From: the human T2T-CHM13v2.0 reference genome, Homo sapiens
Length of the DNA stretch: 64,000 bases
NCBI RefSeq assembly: GCF_009914755.1
Contig: NC_060925.1
Direction: 5' to 3' (one strand)
Numbering within the stretch: position 1 is the stretch's first letter; every line of letters starts with the position of its first letter. Below are positions 46,852 through 63,500 of this stretch, piece by piece. Below the pieces are notes generated by a model. The model searched no databases. It was not told where the DNA came from and saw nothing but the letters and a program-made list of their open reading frames with translations. The translations under genes and the position numbers were made by a program.

Positions 46852-46990
46852 ATGGGGGATGCTGCAGACCCCAGGGAGATGAGAAAGACGTTCATTGTTC
46901 CAGCCATCAAGCCTTTTGACCACTATGATTTCTCCAGGGCCAAAATCGCCTGCAATCTGGCCTGGCTGGTGGCCAAAGCCTTTGGGACAG
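46852..46990 (+). CDS. CAMSAP2: CAMSAP2 first coding exon (46 codons + 1 nt, phase-1 junction); microtubule minus-end binding protein
   Basis: ATG in strong context (aagATGG) translates MGDAADPREMRKTFIVPAIKPFDHYDFSRAKIACNLAWLVAKAFGT, which I recognise as the CAMSAP2 N-terminus. It ends at the donor ACAG|gttagt. Too short for the ORF track. Confidence 0.95.
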
Positions 46991-49900
46991 GTTAGTGGTG
47001 TCACCCTTTCCCTCCCCTCTTCCTCCTGATGTGGTCCACATCTCGGTTTTTGTTCCCGATTCTCGAATCCCTCCCTCCCCGTGCCTGTCTTCTCGTACAG
47101 GTTAAGGGAGATGATGGGAGGCTAGGAAGAGAAAGAAAGGAGAAATAAGGAAAGCAGGTTTGGTCTTCAATGAAGGGCACGTGAATGGTCAGGTGGGATT
47201 TGGCCAGATTCCTTTTATTGGATGGCAAAATGTCCCCCCCATCCCCCAGTGAGCAATTTTATGTTTTTACATAGAGTGGTTTTGATTTGTGGTATTTTCT
47301 TCATTGTGTTGCGTACATTTCTGCCTCAGTCATAATTGTGATTACACCACCAAGAAATCTGAGTTGGTTTCTTTATTATTGCAAGAAGGTGGATGGTGCA
47401 TAGTACTATATTGATTTTGACATTTGTAATGATGGCTGCTATTCAGGCTCCGTTGGATGTAAGGTGGCCTGTGTCGAGTGCAGTATTAATTTTTGTTGTC
47501 ATTCTTTAAGGCTGTATCAGCCTTCTGCACGCATGTTAAGTTCTTATTAAATCAGTTATTTAAAACCAGCGTTCAGTTTGCTGACTGTAGGGTGCAGTTT
47601 TCATTTCATATTATCAGTGAGGCATATTCTTTTTTCCAAATGTATTTTGGCTTCATAAATTAAAAGAAACAAAAACTCCCTACTTTGGGAAGTTTTTTAA
47701 TAGATGAGTTTTTCGAAGGCGTGTGCTGTTGACACAGAAATTGTATAGTACAGTAGCAGTTAAACACTCCCTCCATAACCCAGTCTTTGCAAAATAACAG
47801 GAAAAGGGCCTCCCGTTATGATTCTTTAGTGTTGCTTTAGGAGCCCATGTTGTGAAATGTTAAAAAAATTAGAGAGCTGCTTTTCATTGGAAGATGCTTC
47901 TGTAATTTGGTAACTTTTAAGAGTAATTTTACAAGATTTCTGTTCCCTAGTTAATGAAGTTTAGATATATGAAATATTTGTTGAAAAGTTCCCTAGTACT
48001 CACAAATTTCCACATGTTAAATATAGGGTTTTTCAGGGGGAGGGTGACTAATTTCCAATTTTAGGACTATGTAATGTTTTGGTAAATGGTTTAGTTCAGT
48101 TTTACTGCTTAAACTTACACAGCTGAGTATTTTCAGGACTTACACATCCTACTTAAATAGCAGATTAATCTCAGTGTTTGGAAAATGATTTGAATTTGTT
48201 TTTGGGGAAACTTCACATTGATGTGATTTTATGTTTATGGCAGCCTTAATTTTACTTGAATTTTTATGCTTTGATATTAAGCTGGCATCAGGAATAAATA
48301 TAGTAAATCCTTTTCAAATTATTTAAATTTTAAACATCTCTTTGAAATTGAATGTCTAGCGTAACTCATAGGAAGAAACACAAAGTGTTACTGCCTTTAT
48401 ATAAAAACATTCTGGCACCACTGATATAAGCAGTGAGAATAATAGATGTATTTTGGTTTTAACTTAAGCAGCACACTGAAGCCGGTATCTATTTGGATGG
48501 CAAATCAAGGCTATTTAAGTGCTTAGAAAACATGGAAAGAGGGAAATTTACATAGTCACCTATGTGGAAAAGTAGTATGTATAAAGTGGAAGGCAAAGGG
48601 AATAAGAGAAATATTTTCTTTCCATCTGGAACTGAGAGGATACTTATAGGATACAGATATCAAAATTTTGCCATGCATACACAAAAGCTTCCAGCTAGAA
48701 AATGGCCTACTTTCTGGGTATGTGTCAGGCAGGTTCGTAGATTCTAGACCACTTGAACATATTGAACACACCTGAAGAAGAAAGGAAATGAAGGGAATCT
48801 AGTATCAGTGGAATCTGATGTCTGCCAGGCACTCTGCTGGATGCTTTGCAGTAAGTTGTACGTTAGAGATTGATAACAAGTCTCTGATGTAGGTAGTGTG
48901 TTCCCCATTTAAAAAATAGGAGGAAATCAGTGCATAGAGAGGTTAACTTTCCTACTATCACAGTGTTAGTAAGTGGCAGAAGTGAGTTTTGATTTGAGGT
49001 CTGACTCAAAAGGGTAAAGGTATTGGTGGAGGTGGAACACTGCTGTTAGATACCCAGCACTCTGAATACATTACTTCATTTATTCCTGCAGCAACCCTGT
49101 AGATACTGTTCTCATTTTGCAGATAAGGTAACTGGCTCACAGATTAATTTGCACAAGATTAAACATCTGGCAAGTGATGTGTTCTGCATGTCTGACTCTG
49201 AAGCCTTTGCTTATTACTCTATACCGTTCTGCAGAGTAACCGTTTTATCTGCAGGTGTGAAAAATGTGCACATAGTACATATTGAAGTCTAATTTTTTCT
49301 TTAAAAATTGTACAAATCTTAATTCATTTTCAGATAGATGATATTGTTGGCTATTACATTTGCCTTGGCAGCAGTTGGAATGGATGAAAAGACCATATTC
49401 AAATGGGATGAAAAACAAGTTTAGAAGACCTTGAGTGACTTAGTAACAATATATTAATACATTATTAAGAATGTTATGTTTGTACATTTTGTTTATTCTT
49501 TATCAACAGTCTTTCAAAACAAATTTATATGGAGTGAATAGAAAAAAATTAGGAATTTTTTTGATGTAAATATTCTTTATTTGCTGCAGATACACTTATG
49601 CAGGAAAGGTTAATAGATAGCATATTTCAAAGGTATTACCTAATTATATTTAGTTGTTCAAAAAATCAGCCCAGCTTTCAATATGATTTACTAAAATCAC
49701 TCCTTTAACAATGACTTACAGGGTCTTCAGGCACTGATTTGGTGTTTTCTATTAGAAACTTTCTAACTTTTGATGTACTGAAAAAGTAGTCAATTTTATA
49801 ACCATATGTTGTAAAAGTCATTTAAAATGATAGCTAGAAATGTGAGCATAGAATGAAGTAATTGAACTTAAAAAAAAAACACTGATGTTGTAATACCTAG

Positions 49901-50603
49901 AAAGCAAATATGGAATATTTACTTAATTTGAAGTCTTAGGAGCCTTGAATCATTTTCTTCTCTTTACAGTAGTATTACAAAAGTATTACAAATAGCCCAA
50001 ATTTTAATAGTTTATTTTGTGGAAGATGCAGATACAGGTTTGATTAAATGAAGAATACATTTTTATAGATGAATTTGAAACACTAAATCGATAATCCAAA
50101 TTCCAAAGGAGGAAGTAGTTCAACTATCTGTGCCTTTTCTATATTTGAAGAGCTTAACCCATTTAAGCAAAGATTTTACAGAATTTTCTTTAAATGTTCT
50201 GTTCTCTTAAATCCTTTGGGGGAAATGGTAGATGCAAAACCTCTTGTGACACTCTTACTAAACTCTTGAATTTGGAATTCAAGGCCCACTTCCTAGTGTC
50301 AGTTTATCACTTCAATCTTCTCAACTATTATTCTCCTTTTTATCCCATTTAGTTTAGTGATATAAAATATTTCCTATCATAAATATACCTTGTTACATTT
50401 CTTTGTCTGTCTTAACAAATCTTGCTGTCAAAGTCCTGTATAAGGTCTGACTCTTGTGCATATATGAAGATAGTTGAGAGCAGTGGGTAGCATTGTGGTT
50501 AAGAGAGACCCGTAGCAGAGGGGCCAGTTTGGGACATTATTGCAAGAGTCTGGGCAAAAGATAAGGTCCTGTGTCTTTGACTTTGTAGTCAACAGAAAAT
50601 TTA

Positions 50604-51009
<406 letters not shown>

Positions 51010-52140
51010 TTATTGAGCTCCTACACTGTGTGTCAAGCACTTTACACATACTGTATCATTTAAATCCTCATGACAGCCTTTTGAGGTGGAAAGGTTACTT
51101 ATTCCAATTTTACTGATGAGGAAAGTGTCCGGGAACTTAGGAACTCTTCCAGAGTTACCCAACTAATGGAGCTGGGATCTGAACCCAGGGAATTTGACTT
51201 CAGCCTGTACTTGTAACTACTGTTCTCTATGGGTAGAAGTCAAAAAATGGAAAGGAGGCAAATGATAGAAAAAATGTTGCAGAGATTTAATCTCTAGTAT
51301 TTCTAAGTGGGTACATGGGAAATGGTTTGAATGAAAAGGGAATGTGTAAGAGGGTGAGGTCGCCTGAGGTTTTAAGAAGGATGAGGTTACCTGAGATTTT
51401 GAGATTTGGTGACTGACAGGCTGAATTGAGATGCCATTGACAGAGAAGAAAGTATAGTAACACTGAAGCCCTGGAAGGAGAAAATTTCAAGGAGAATGGT
51501 CTGATTCAACAGTGTCAAATCCTATGTGTTTAAGCTATGCCTTTCTTTTAAGAGTTTATGCTTTGCTAGGGGAGGTATGATAAATGTATAACCACAGTAG
51601 AGTTCAGAAATAAGCTAAGAGTCATATAATTGGAAATATGACATTCAGAGGGAGACTGGTGGCGTTAGGATGCGGTGGGGTGGCAGGGGAGAGGCCATTT
51701 CCAGCCTCATCAGTGGTCTGTGAAGGAAGACCTCTCTAGTGGAGGTGGTATTTAAGCTATAGGCTGAATTGAAAGTAGGCATGGTAGATGGAGGAAATGG
51801 TTTGTGTGTAGACATGGAGTTGTGAAACCCAGGTAGTGCTAATGAAACAACATAGACCAGATTGATGGGATGAGGTTTATGTAATGAAGCAGTGAGAGAG
51901 CCAGCTTGAAAGACAAACGGACAGAATTATGTGAAGGGTGAGGTGAAGGAATTTGGTATTTATTTAGTAGTTAAATTATCCTAAGCACATTGGATTAAAA
52001 AAAAAAGAAAAAATACTATTAAGTATATTAAACATGTAATTTGTGCTCATTATTCTTGTAAGCGTTTTATATGCATTATTTATTTTAATTCTGAGAATGA
52101 GCCTATTAAGTAGATATTATTTTATTCTAAGACTCTAAAA

Positions 52141-52366
52141 CAGGGTTTCTCAACTGCAGAACTATTGGCCAGATAATTCTTTGTTGTTGGGGGCTGTCCT
52201 GTGCATTCTAGGATTTTAGCGGCATCTGTGGCCTCTACCCACCTGATGCCAGTAGTGTTCCCTACCACTACCCCTACTCCTACCCCAGTTGTGACAACCC
52301 AAAATGTCCCCAGACATCTCCAGATGTCTCCTGGGGAACAAAAGGAGCCCAGGTTGAGAATCACTG
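52141..52366 (-). mobile_element. MER20 (hAT-Charlie)
   Basis: cagggtttctcaac...ggttgagaatcactg termini; degenerate 8-bp TSD ctctaaaa/ctataaat. Confidence 0.9.
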
Positions 52367-52659
52367 CTATAAATATTATAAGACACACTATTGTGATCTA
52401 AAAAGGTTTTTTTTTTTGTATGTTGAAGTACAAATTAATTATAAGACATACTGATTTCACAAATATTCAATTTGAAAATAAGAATTTAGGAAATATTATA
52501 TGATAGTTCACCCTTTTTAAAATAAACAATGAGACAGATTTAGAGGAGTTAACTAACTTGCCCTTGATCATACAACTTGTAAGAGGTGGAAACAAAATTA
52601 GAGTCTAAGCCTTTGTGATACTGAAATTTGTATCTTAACCTCTGAGTTACAGTCTTCCT

Positions 52660-52786
52660 GGATTTTTAGTAGAGATTGGGGTTTTGCCATGTTGGCCTGG
52701 CTGGTCTCAAACTTTGGGGTCAAGTGATCCGCCTGCCTCGGCCTCCCAAAGTGCTGGGATTACAGGCATGAGCCTTTGTGCCTGGT
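52660..52786 (-). mobile_element. Partial Alu (left arm)
   Basis: Alu consensus. Confidence 0.85.
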
Positions 52787-53129
52787 TGATGATGATGTTA
52801 AAATAGATTGTTGACCATGTGAACTTATTTTCTAATTTACGTTTTATAGAATTTTGTCTCGTAACAGATTTTGAAACAGCAGAAATATTTTCTATTATCT
52901 ACCCTTTAAAAAATAGATGCTAGAGGTCTTTATTTATATAGGTTCTTGAAAATTTATTGACAGTTAAAAAGTTTTTAAAAATAGGTATACAGGTACAGAT
53001 TCAAAACTCAAAGGTATAAAAGAGTAGATCTTGTGAGAAGTCTTCTTCCCACGTGGACCCTGAGCTAGTCAGTTTCTGTTTTAAGCGAGATGAAATCATC
53101 AGAAGATTTGTTTTTAGAAAATCTCTTGG

Positions 53130-53197
53130 AATACACTTAAAAATGGTTAAAATAGTAAAGTTTATGTAATGTATATTTTACCACAATTTTTAAAAAG
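53130..53197 (+). mobile_element. ~70-bp L1M 3' terminal fragment
   Basis: tacacttaaaaatggttaaaat..tttatgtaatgtatattttaccacaat; TSD-like tcttggaa on both sides. Confidence 0.7.
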
Positions 53198-53617
53198 ATG
53201 TCTTGGAAACAGTAGAAAATGAATTGGAGGAGGGCCAAGAGTTATGAAGGAGGAAACCACAGGGAAGTTATTATGTTTCAGGTGAGAGATGATGGCATCT
53301 TGAATGTGGATGGTAGTGGTGGGTATGGAAAGAAGTGGATGAATGTAAAGGATAAGGCTTGGTGATTGATTGGATATGTGGAAGAAAAGATGAGATCTTG
53401 GGAAGTGTTAAGATTGATTCTATTTTGTGAGAAAGGGAACAATGGAAGAGGGCCAGTGTATGTGTTTAAGAGCGGGTTGGGGGGAAAGAACCATGTTGAG
53501 TTTGAGGAATATAAAATGGTGGTGTGTGCATTAGGCCTGTGGAAATTCATGTATGGAGCTTAGAAGACTTCAGGGATGAGAGCTATAAGTGGTAATTAAA
53601 ATTTAAAAAGTAGGTGA

Positions 53618-53934
<317 letters not shown>

Positions 53935-53942
53935 TAGTCACA

Positions 53943-54213
53943 TTTTTTTTAAGGTCTCACTGTCACCCAGGCTGAGTGCAGTCATGTGATCAAAGCTCAT
54001 TGCAGCTTCAAATTTCTGGGCTCAGGTGATCCTCCTGCCTCAGCCTTTTGAGTAGCTGGGACTACATGCCTGGCTAATTTTTTTGAAAATGTTTTGTAGA
54101 GATAGGGTCTCACTGTGTTGCCCAAGCTGGTCTTGAACTCCTGTATTCAAGCACTTTTCCTGCCTCGGCTTCCCAAAGTGTTGGGATTACCTGCGTGAGC
54201 CACCCCACCCAGC
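53943..54213 (-). mobile_element. Alu (J-type)
   Basis: Outer TSD tgactRccagtcact at 53615-53629 and 54214-54228. Confidence 0.9.
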
Positions 54214-54744
54214 TGACTGCCAGTCACTTTGAGGGAGCGTATGGAGAAAGAAAGGACCCAAGACAGGCGAGCCAGCAAAGGAGCTAGGCATAGGGTAATT
54301 AGAAAGAAAACCAAGGGAATGTGGAGGCTCAGAAGACTAGGGAAGAGAACATTGAGGATGAAGGAATATGAGGTGTAGCTGAGAAAGATTAATCGAGGAC
54401 TCTCAAAAAGATCCATTAGATTTAGCTACAAGGAAGTTATTGATGATTTTGCTGAGAACATTTTGAGGGGAATGTAGAGACAGAAGCATGACTAGGTTGA
54501 AAGTAAATGGGAGATTGTATCAATTATGCCGTCCTCACTTGTAGTAACAAAAAGTCCACCTCAAATTGGCTAATAGTAAAGAGGATTTATTGTTTCTGAA
54601 AAAGTCCTCAAGTGGGATGGGCTTTGGTTTTGATTTGATCAGGGCTGTAGCGTCATTTCTCTGTGATTCTTTTAGCTGTGCCCTTGTTGATGTGTGGATT
54701 TCATTCTCAGGCTGTCTAGTCTCATGGTAGAAAATGGCTGTAGC

Positions 54745-55047
<303 letters not shown>

Positions 55048-55119
55048 TCACATCTATGTACCACACCATTCAGAGCTCTTCTCTAATCACTGAAAGTTCT
55101 ACACTCTTCTCTTGCTTTT

Positions 55120-55920
55120 TTCTTGCTCTTCAAACGGAAGGATTGATTATAGAAAATCTCAAATATATACAATAACAATAATCTTTCATGTACCCATCAT
55201 CCAGCCCCTGCTGTCATCAACTTATGGCCAATCTTGATTCATCTCTAAACACTCCCCACCACTGCCAATTATTTGAAACAAATTCCAAACATCATGTCAT
55301 CCCATCTATACGTGTATCAGTATGTATTTCTGTAAGTCCACTCCCTTTTTAAAATGTAATTGTGGCACAGCCATCACAGCACTGTTGTCACAGAATTCCA
55401 TATCATCAAATCAATATGAACATTTCTGATTGTCTCATAAATGTTTTTTATTTTTATTTTACAGTTTTATTTGTTCTAGTTAGGATCCATCTAAAGGCCA
55501 TACTTTGTAATTCGTTGATATCTCTTTATATTGTTGTGTTTTTTTTTCTTTTTCAGGTATATATGACCAGAAGATTTTTTTTCTTAATGTATAGGCTCCT
55601 TCTCCATCTCATTTTAATCTTCCTTGCAGTTTATTTGTTGGAGAAACCAGAGTATTTGTCCTATAAAGTCTCCTACAGTTTGGAGCTCCATGATATTAAC
55701 AAGTTTCTCTTTGTCCTCTGTATTCGTTATAAATTGATAGTTAGATCTAGAGGATTGATTGCATTCAGGTTTGATTTTTTTTTTTTTTTGGTATACTTTA
55801 TACGTGGTGTATAGTTCTACCACAAGATACTTAATATCTAGTTGTCTCTCTATCATGACTTCTCTATTTATTAGCTGAAATGCTGTTTTAAAAATAAATT
55901 TCCCTTTATTATTTGGTTAC
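55120..55920 (-). mobile_element. L1MC-like 3' region
   Basis: catgtacccatc, taggatccatctaagg, gttagatctagagg..gattgcattcagg. Confidence 0.6.
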
Positions 55921-57632
55921 CCTGAGTGCTGTGTGGGAAATTACCTTGATCCAATGGTAGCCTCTAAGTGCGTGCCATACAAAAACTAGCCTAGAGGTCA
56001 CAGAACAGAAAGCTCACAGAACAACTTAAAATGCCCAAATTATGTGATTTGTTAAATCAGTTTTTAGTGAGAAGCAAGAGGAAAGAGATAGGATGAGTTA
56101 AAACACTTAGGATAGGATGCAAACAGGGAGGAAGGACCACACTCCCTGAATGCTGCAGTATATACATTTCATGTGTCCTGTCTCTACTGCATTAGCCTTC
56201 TCTGCTGATAGTGTGGTCACCAGGACCAGAGCTGAGGTTTGAACAAAGAGGCCCACACAGACATAGGCCAGTGCCACACACTTGCTCTATTAGACATGGG
56301 ACAAGGAAGCCTGCCACAGCTGTAGCTTGCCACAAGCCTGATGATAGCCATGGGCATTGTGTTCCTTGGGCAGAGGACACATGGGCCAGACTGGGCATCA
56401 TCAATGGGTAGCTGAATTAAGGACTCATGAATATCATGCTCATGTGTTCATTGACTCTTGTTTAGTGTCATGCATATTTACTCTGTCATGAATATTTAGT
56501 ACTTAGTATATTTAGTGTATCATGAATATTTAATACATAGGTGCCTCATAAATATTAGGTATCTTGTTTTTTCCATCCCTTTCTATGTTTAATATATGTG
56601 TGCTATTAACTGCTTACCTTTATTTAACATGTTCTATCAATTATATGTTTAACAAACTTTTAAAACTAGCTCCTTATCTATACTTAAAATATCTTTGAAC
56701 ATTTCATCTACATTTTACAAACTTTTTCATCTTTATTTATAATAGAATTGAATAGTCTCAAAAGTAAAATTTTATTACATTGAGATACAGGGAAAGCAGG
56801 ATAAATGCTATATTCTTTCTCTTTATGGGGGGGAAATTGGACCAGACTGAATGGATCACTGGCCCCTGAGAATCTGAAAGGAGGTAAAGAATAGGGAGAA
56901 CATTCCAGAGAATGTGAAAAGGCTCCGGAGTGGAAGAGAGCATGGTTTCCAGGAACTGAATGTGACTGGCAGGGATAGGATCATTCCATTCTTGTAGGCC
57001 AGAGGAAGGATTTTAATCCTTAGAGAAGTGGGAAGTCATTGGAAACCCTTGGGGATGGGGTGGTGTGTGTGACATGACCAAATTTGCTTATGGGAAATAA
57101 GCAAATTCTGGCTACAGTAGAGAATGGTTTGGAGCGGGGAGCAGAGTGAATGTGGGAAGACAAAATTTGGAGTAAATATAGTAATTAAGATAAAAAGTGC
57201 TGGTTGCCTGAACTAGGGAGAACCAGAACCTGGAGTCTGAGATTGTGAGAAGGGGGAAGACTTTAGCCTGGATTCTGTAATGGATTTTATTTATGGTTGA
57301 AGGAGAGGGAGGCATTAACGATGACTCCTAGGTTTCTGACTTGTTCGGCTCGATGGATTGTGGTGTACTTTATTGATATAAGGAACACTGAAAGATCATC
57401 AAGTTTGGGAGAAAAGATTGGTTTGGGGCATTTTGAAGTTTTGTAGCTTTTTCAACATAATTTCAAATGTGTAAGAATAGTATAAAGAATTCCCAAATAC
57501 TCTTTACCCAGATTTACCAATTATTTTGTCCCATTTGTTTTATTATTCTGTCTCATTCCTTCTTCCTACCTCCCACACAAATGCCTGTATGTGTGTGTGT
57601 GTGTGTGTGTGTAGAGAGAAAGAGATAGATAG

Positions 57633-58256
<624 letters not shown>

Positions 58257-58401
58257 TAGGATATAAATAAATATATATAATATTTCTGGACCATTTGAGA
58301 ATATGTAAAGAGATATTGTACCCTACACTCCTTCAGTGTATATCTCCTATAAAATGAAGGATAGTTCCTGAACATAATCTCATTTAAAAATTGGGAAATT
58401 T

Positions 58402-59490
58402 TAGCTGGGTGTGGTGGTGGGCACCTGTGATCCTGGCTACTTGGGAGGCTGAGACAGGAGAAGCACTTGAATCAGGAGGCGGAGGTTGCAGTGAGCCATG
58501 ATCGCACCATTGCACTCCAGCCTGGGTGACAAGAGTGAGACTCCATCTCAAAAAAAAAAAAAAAAAAAAAAAAGCTACAAGCTACAATATGAGGCTATGG
58601 TAAAGGCAGGGACCAGACTACCAGATTAGTCAGTTCTCTCTAAATCATAACAGAATATTTAACAAACCCTAGGAGCAATGGAAGGTCACTGGTGTGTCAA
58701 AAGCTTTCCCTGGCTAATAGTAAGGATGAAAAGATGGTGAGAGCACAGAAGTGTTGCTGGAAGTCACGCAAGAGGTATGGGACCTGGAATGAGGTAATTA
58801 AGATGGAGAGACACAGAGGTGTTCACAGTCTGTGTGGGAATCTGTGTTGGAAATAGAGCTTGGTTATAAATTAGATGGAGAATAGGGTTGGGCTGTGGGT
58901 GTAACAGGTGCAAAACTGAGCCTCAGTTGACTCATTTGGAAATAGCAGAGTTGTGGTTTACTGACGTGGAAGCACTGGATTGGGGCAGACTTATTGTGTG
59001 CAACATGGGCCACATTAACTTGGAAATGCCTGTAAAGCATACAAGGGAAGATATCACAAACATAATCTGTGGCTCAAAGGGGAGGTCTGGGCTACAAATC
59101 CAAATGTATTTTTTTAATTTTATCTTTCACTTTAAATTAAACATTAATGCATGACCGTTGGGGGAAAAAAAGCATTAAAAATGACCATAGAGTTCTTTCT
59201 CTACATGTGTACACATAATTATTATTTACAAAAGAATTATATTATTTTTAATCTGATTTTTAACATTTTGAGCACAGTTTCTTCAGGTAAATATAGATTC
59301 CTTCTGTGATATGTAACTTTACTGAGCATATAATATTGCTTAATGTATCTATACTGTAAATTATTAACCTGGTTCTTATTTTAATATATATAGATGGTTT
59401 CTAATATTTTGCTACAATAAGCAGCACTACAATTAACACTCTTATATGTCTTTGTGTAATCACTTAGTAAAATTCATAATTCATAAGAAA
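58402..59490 (+). mobile_element. TSD-flanked composite retro-insertion: Alu right arm (58402-58573) plus ~920 bp of other DNA
   Basis: Exact 16-bp repeat aaaaattgggaaattt at 58386-58401 and 59491-59506; TT/AAAA site; the host L1MC resumes after the second copy. Confidence 0.75.
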
Positions 59491-59632
59491 AAAAATTGGG
59501 AAATTTAACCTTGACGTGATACTCTTATCTGATTCACAGCCCGTATTCAGATTTGCCAATTATGTTGATTTTCATTATTGCTATTTTATTTCCCAATTCA
59601 GGATCATGCTTTGCATTTAGTTGTCATGTCTC

Positions 59633-59930
59633 CTTTTTTTTTTTTTGCTGAGATGGAGTCTCGCTCTGTCGCCCAGGCTGGAGTGCAGTGGCGCCATCTC
59701 AGCTCACTGCAAGCTCCACCTCCCAGGTTCACACATTCTCCTGCCTCAGCCTCCCAAGTAGCTGGGACTACAGGTGCCCGCCACCACGCACGGCTAATTT
59801 TTTGTATTTTATAGTAGAGACGGGGTTTTGCCGTGTTAGCCAGGATGGTCTCGATCTCCTGACCTTGTGATCCACCCGCCTCGGCCTCTCAAAGTGCTGG
59901 GATTACAGGCGTGAGCCACCGTGCCCGGCC
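59633..59930 (-). mobile_element. Alu (Y-type)
   Basis: TSD tagttgtcatgtctc. Confidence 0.94.
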
Positions 59931-60025
59931 TAGTTGTCATGTCTCTTAAGTCTCCTTTAACCTGGAATAGTTCTTCAGTCTGCCTTTGTCTTTAATGATA
60001 TTAACACTTCTGAAGATAGAGCACC

Positions 60026-61170
<1,145 letters not shown>

Positions 61171-61489
61171 AAGAACAATATGCCTGTTATTTTATAGAAT
61201 GTCTCTAAATTTGGATTTGTTTAAGGTTTCTTTATTCAAGTTTGATAAGGTTCAAGTTATAGAAGCCTGGTAGACTACTGCAGAAGAGATGTTGTAGTCT
61301 CAGTAAATCATATCAGGGGACACATAATGTTTGTTCCAGTATAGGTGATGTTAACTTTGATCACCTGGTCAAAGTGGTATCTGTAGTTTTCTCCATTATA
61401 AAATTATTTTTCCACTTTAAATTAATTAGTAATTTATAGGGAGGTAATTCAAAATATCCTGTTCATTAAACTGTTACCCACCATTTTAG

Positions 61490-61896
<407 letters not shown>

Positions 61897-63184
61897 GAAA
61901 GAGCTTTTTTAATGTATTATTTATTTGTGTCAGGATAGACTCATTGATGCGTGTTTTATTCAGTGGGTTATAATTCTTTATTATGTATTCTGATGTTGGT
62001 GTTTTCCCAGTTTTAGCCAATGGCATCCCCTTCCATCTGGATCCTGTGTTCTTTTGACATGGCTCCATTATTTGTTAGCATTTCCTTACTTTCTGGCACA
62101 TACCACAACAAAGATGTTCTAAGCATATCTTATACTTTCCCTGCTCCAGACCTGGAAACATTTCTTCAAGGAGCAGTGTTGCTTTTGGTGGGGAAGGTAT
62201 TAGAAACCAAGATACAGGTGCTAGGCTTATTGCTAACAGTGTTATTTAGCAGACAGATAGTAAACACACACATATATACATAGTGTATAGCTAAATCTAT
62301 TTCTTTTGCTATCCATATAAATAAAGAGATATATATCTGAAGCATCATGTATTTATAATGACACTTCCCATTTCAACCAGCACCACAGAGTTTATTCTAG
62401 TTTTTCCTTTTTCCATATTTGTAACTCCCCTGGTCACTGAGAAACCTGGCTCCCATTTTGAGTTAGGTTTCTTTGTGACACCCAAGTGAAGAGCTGAGTA
62501 GGCTGATGGCTTATAAGGATCTGGAGCTCAGAAGAGGTGCTTTGGCCTTATAGGGTAATGGGAGGAGTAGAGGTGATAATTTAAGCTCAGGAATGCTGTA
62601 CCACACTTACCATGTTAGGTAATAATGTAGAGGGCAGGAGGGAGCTAACTTTTAATTGGTACCTTCTTGGAAGGCAAGGCTCTATGTGTAGGTACCGTAC
62701 AGTCTTGGTAAATATTTGAGTGCGTACTGTGTTTCAGACGCAGTTCCAGGTACTAGTGACACAGGACAGATAAGTATCTTGCTCTCCTTCAGGTACCTTA
62801 TAGTGAGAGGAGGTAGAAATAAAATATTATGGGATAGTAATAGTTGTTATCTAGAGAATTAAACTACAATGAGTGACTGGGTGGTCAGGGAAAGTGTGTT
62901 TGAGGAGGTTACATTTAACTGAGATCTGAATGGAAAGAGCCAACCATTCATTCGGTTAAGGGGAGGAACATTAGAGGCAGAAGGCCTCTAGTGCATGGGC
63001 CAAAAGGTCTGAACCTGGCATATTCTAGCAACAGGAAGAGTTGGGTGTTTGGAACATAGCGGCCTGGGGAAAGTGGAGGAAGTTGAGGTCAGAGTAGGAG
63101 TAGGCAGTACTTTTGTGGAATATGGAGAAACTAAAACTCAGAGAAGTTAATTACTGAACTCAAGATCCCATCAAGTAAATGGCT

Positions 63185-63500
63185 GGGCCGGGCATGGTGG
63201 CTGGTGCCTGTAATCCCAGCACTTTGGGAGGCCAAGGCGGGCAGATCATCTGAGGTCAGGAGTCCAAGATCAGTCTGGCCAACATAGTGAAACCCCATCT
63301 CTACGAAAAATACAAAAATTAGCTGGGTGTGGTGGCACATACCTGTAGTCCCAGCTACTCGGAAGGCTGAGGCACAAGAATTGCCCGAACCCAGGAGGTG
63401 GAGGTTGCAGTGAGTCGAGATCACGTCACTGCACTCCAGCCTGGGCGACAGAGTGAGACTCTTTCTCAAAGAAAAAAAGAAAAAAAAAAGAAAAAAAAGT
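63185..63500 (+). mobile_element. Alu (S-type)
   Basis: Alu consensus. Confidence 0.93.

Larger units (their letters stand above)
45745..47000. promoter_or_regulatory. CAMSAP2: CpG island promoter / exon 1 of CAMSAP2
   Basis: Abrupt switch to very GC-rich, CpG-dense, repeat-free sequence that contains the first coding exon. Confidence 0.93.
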
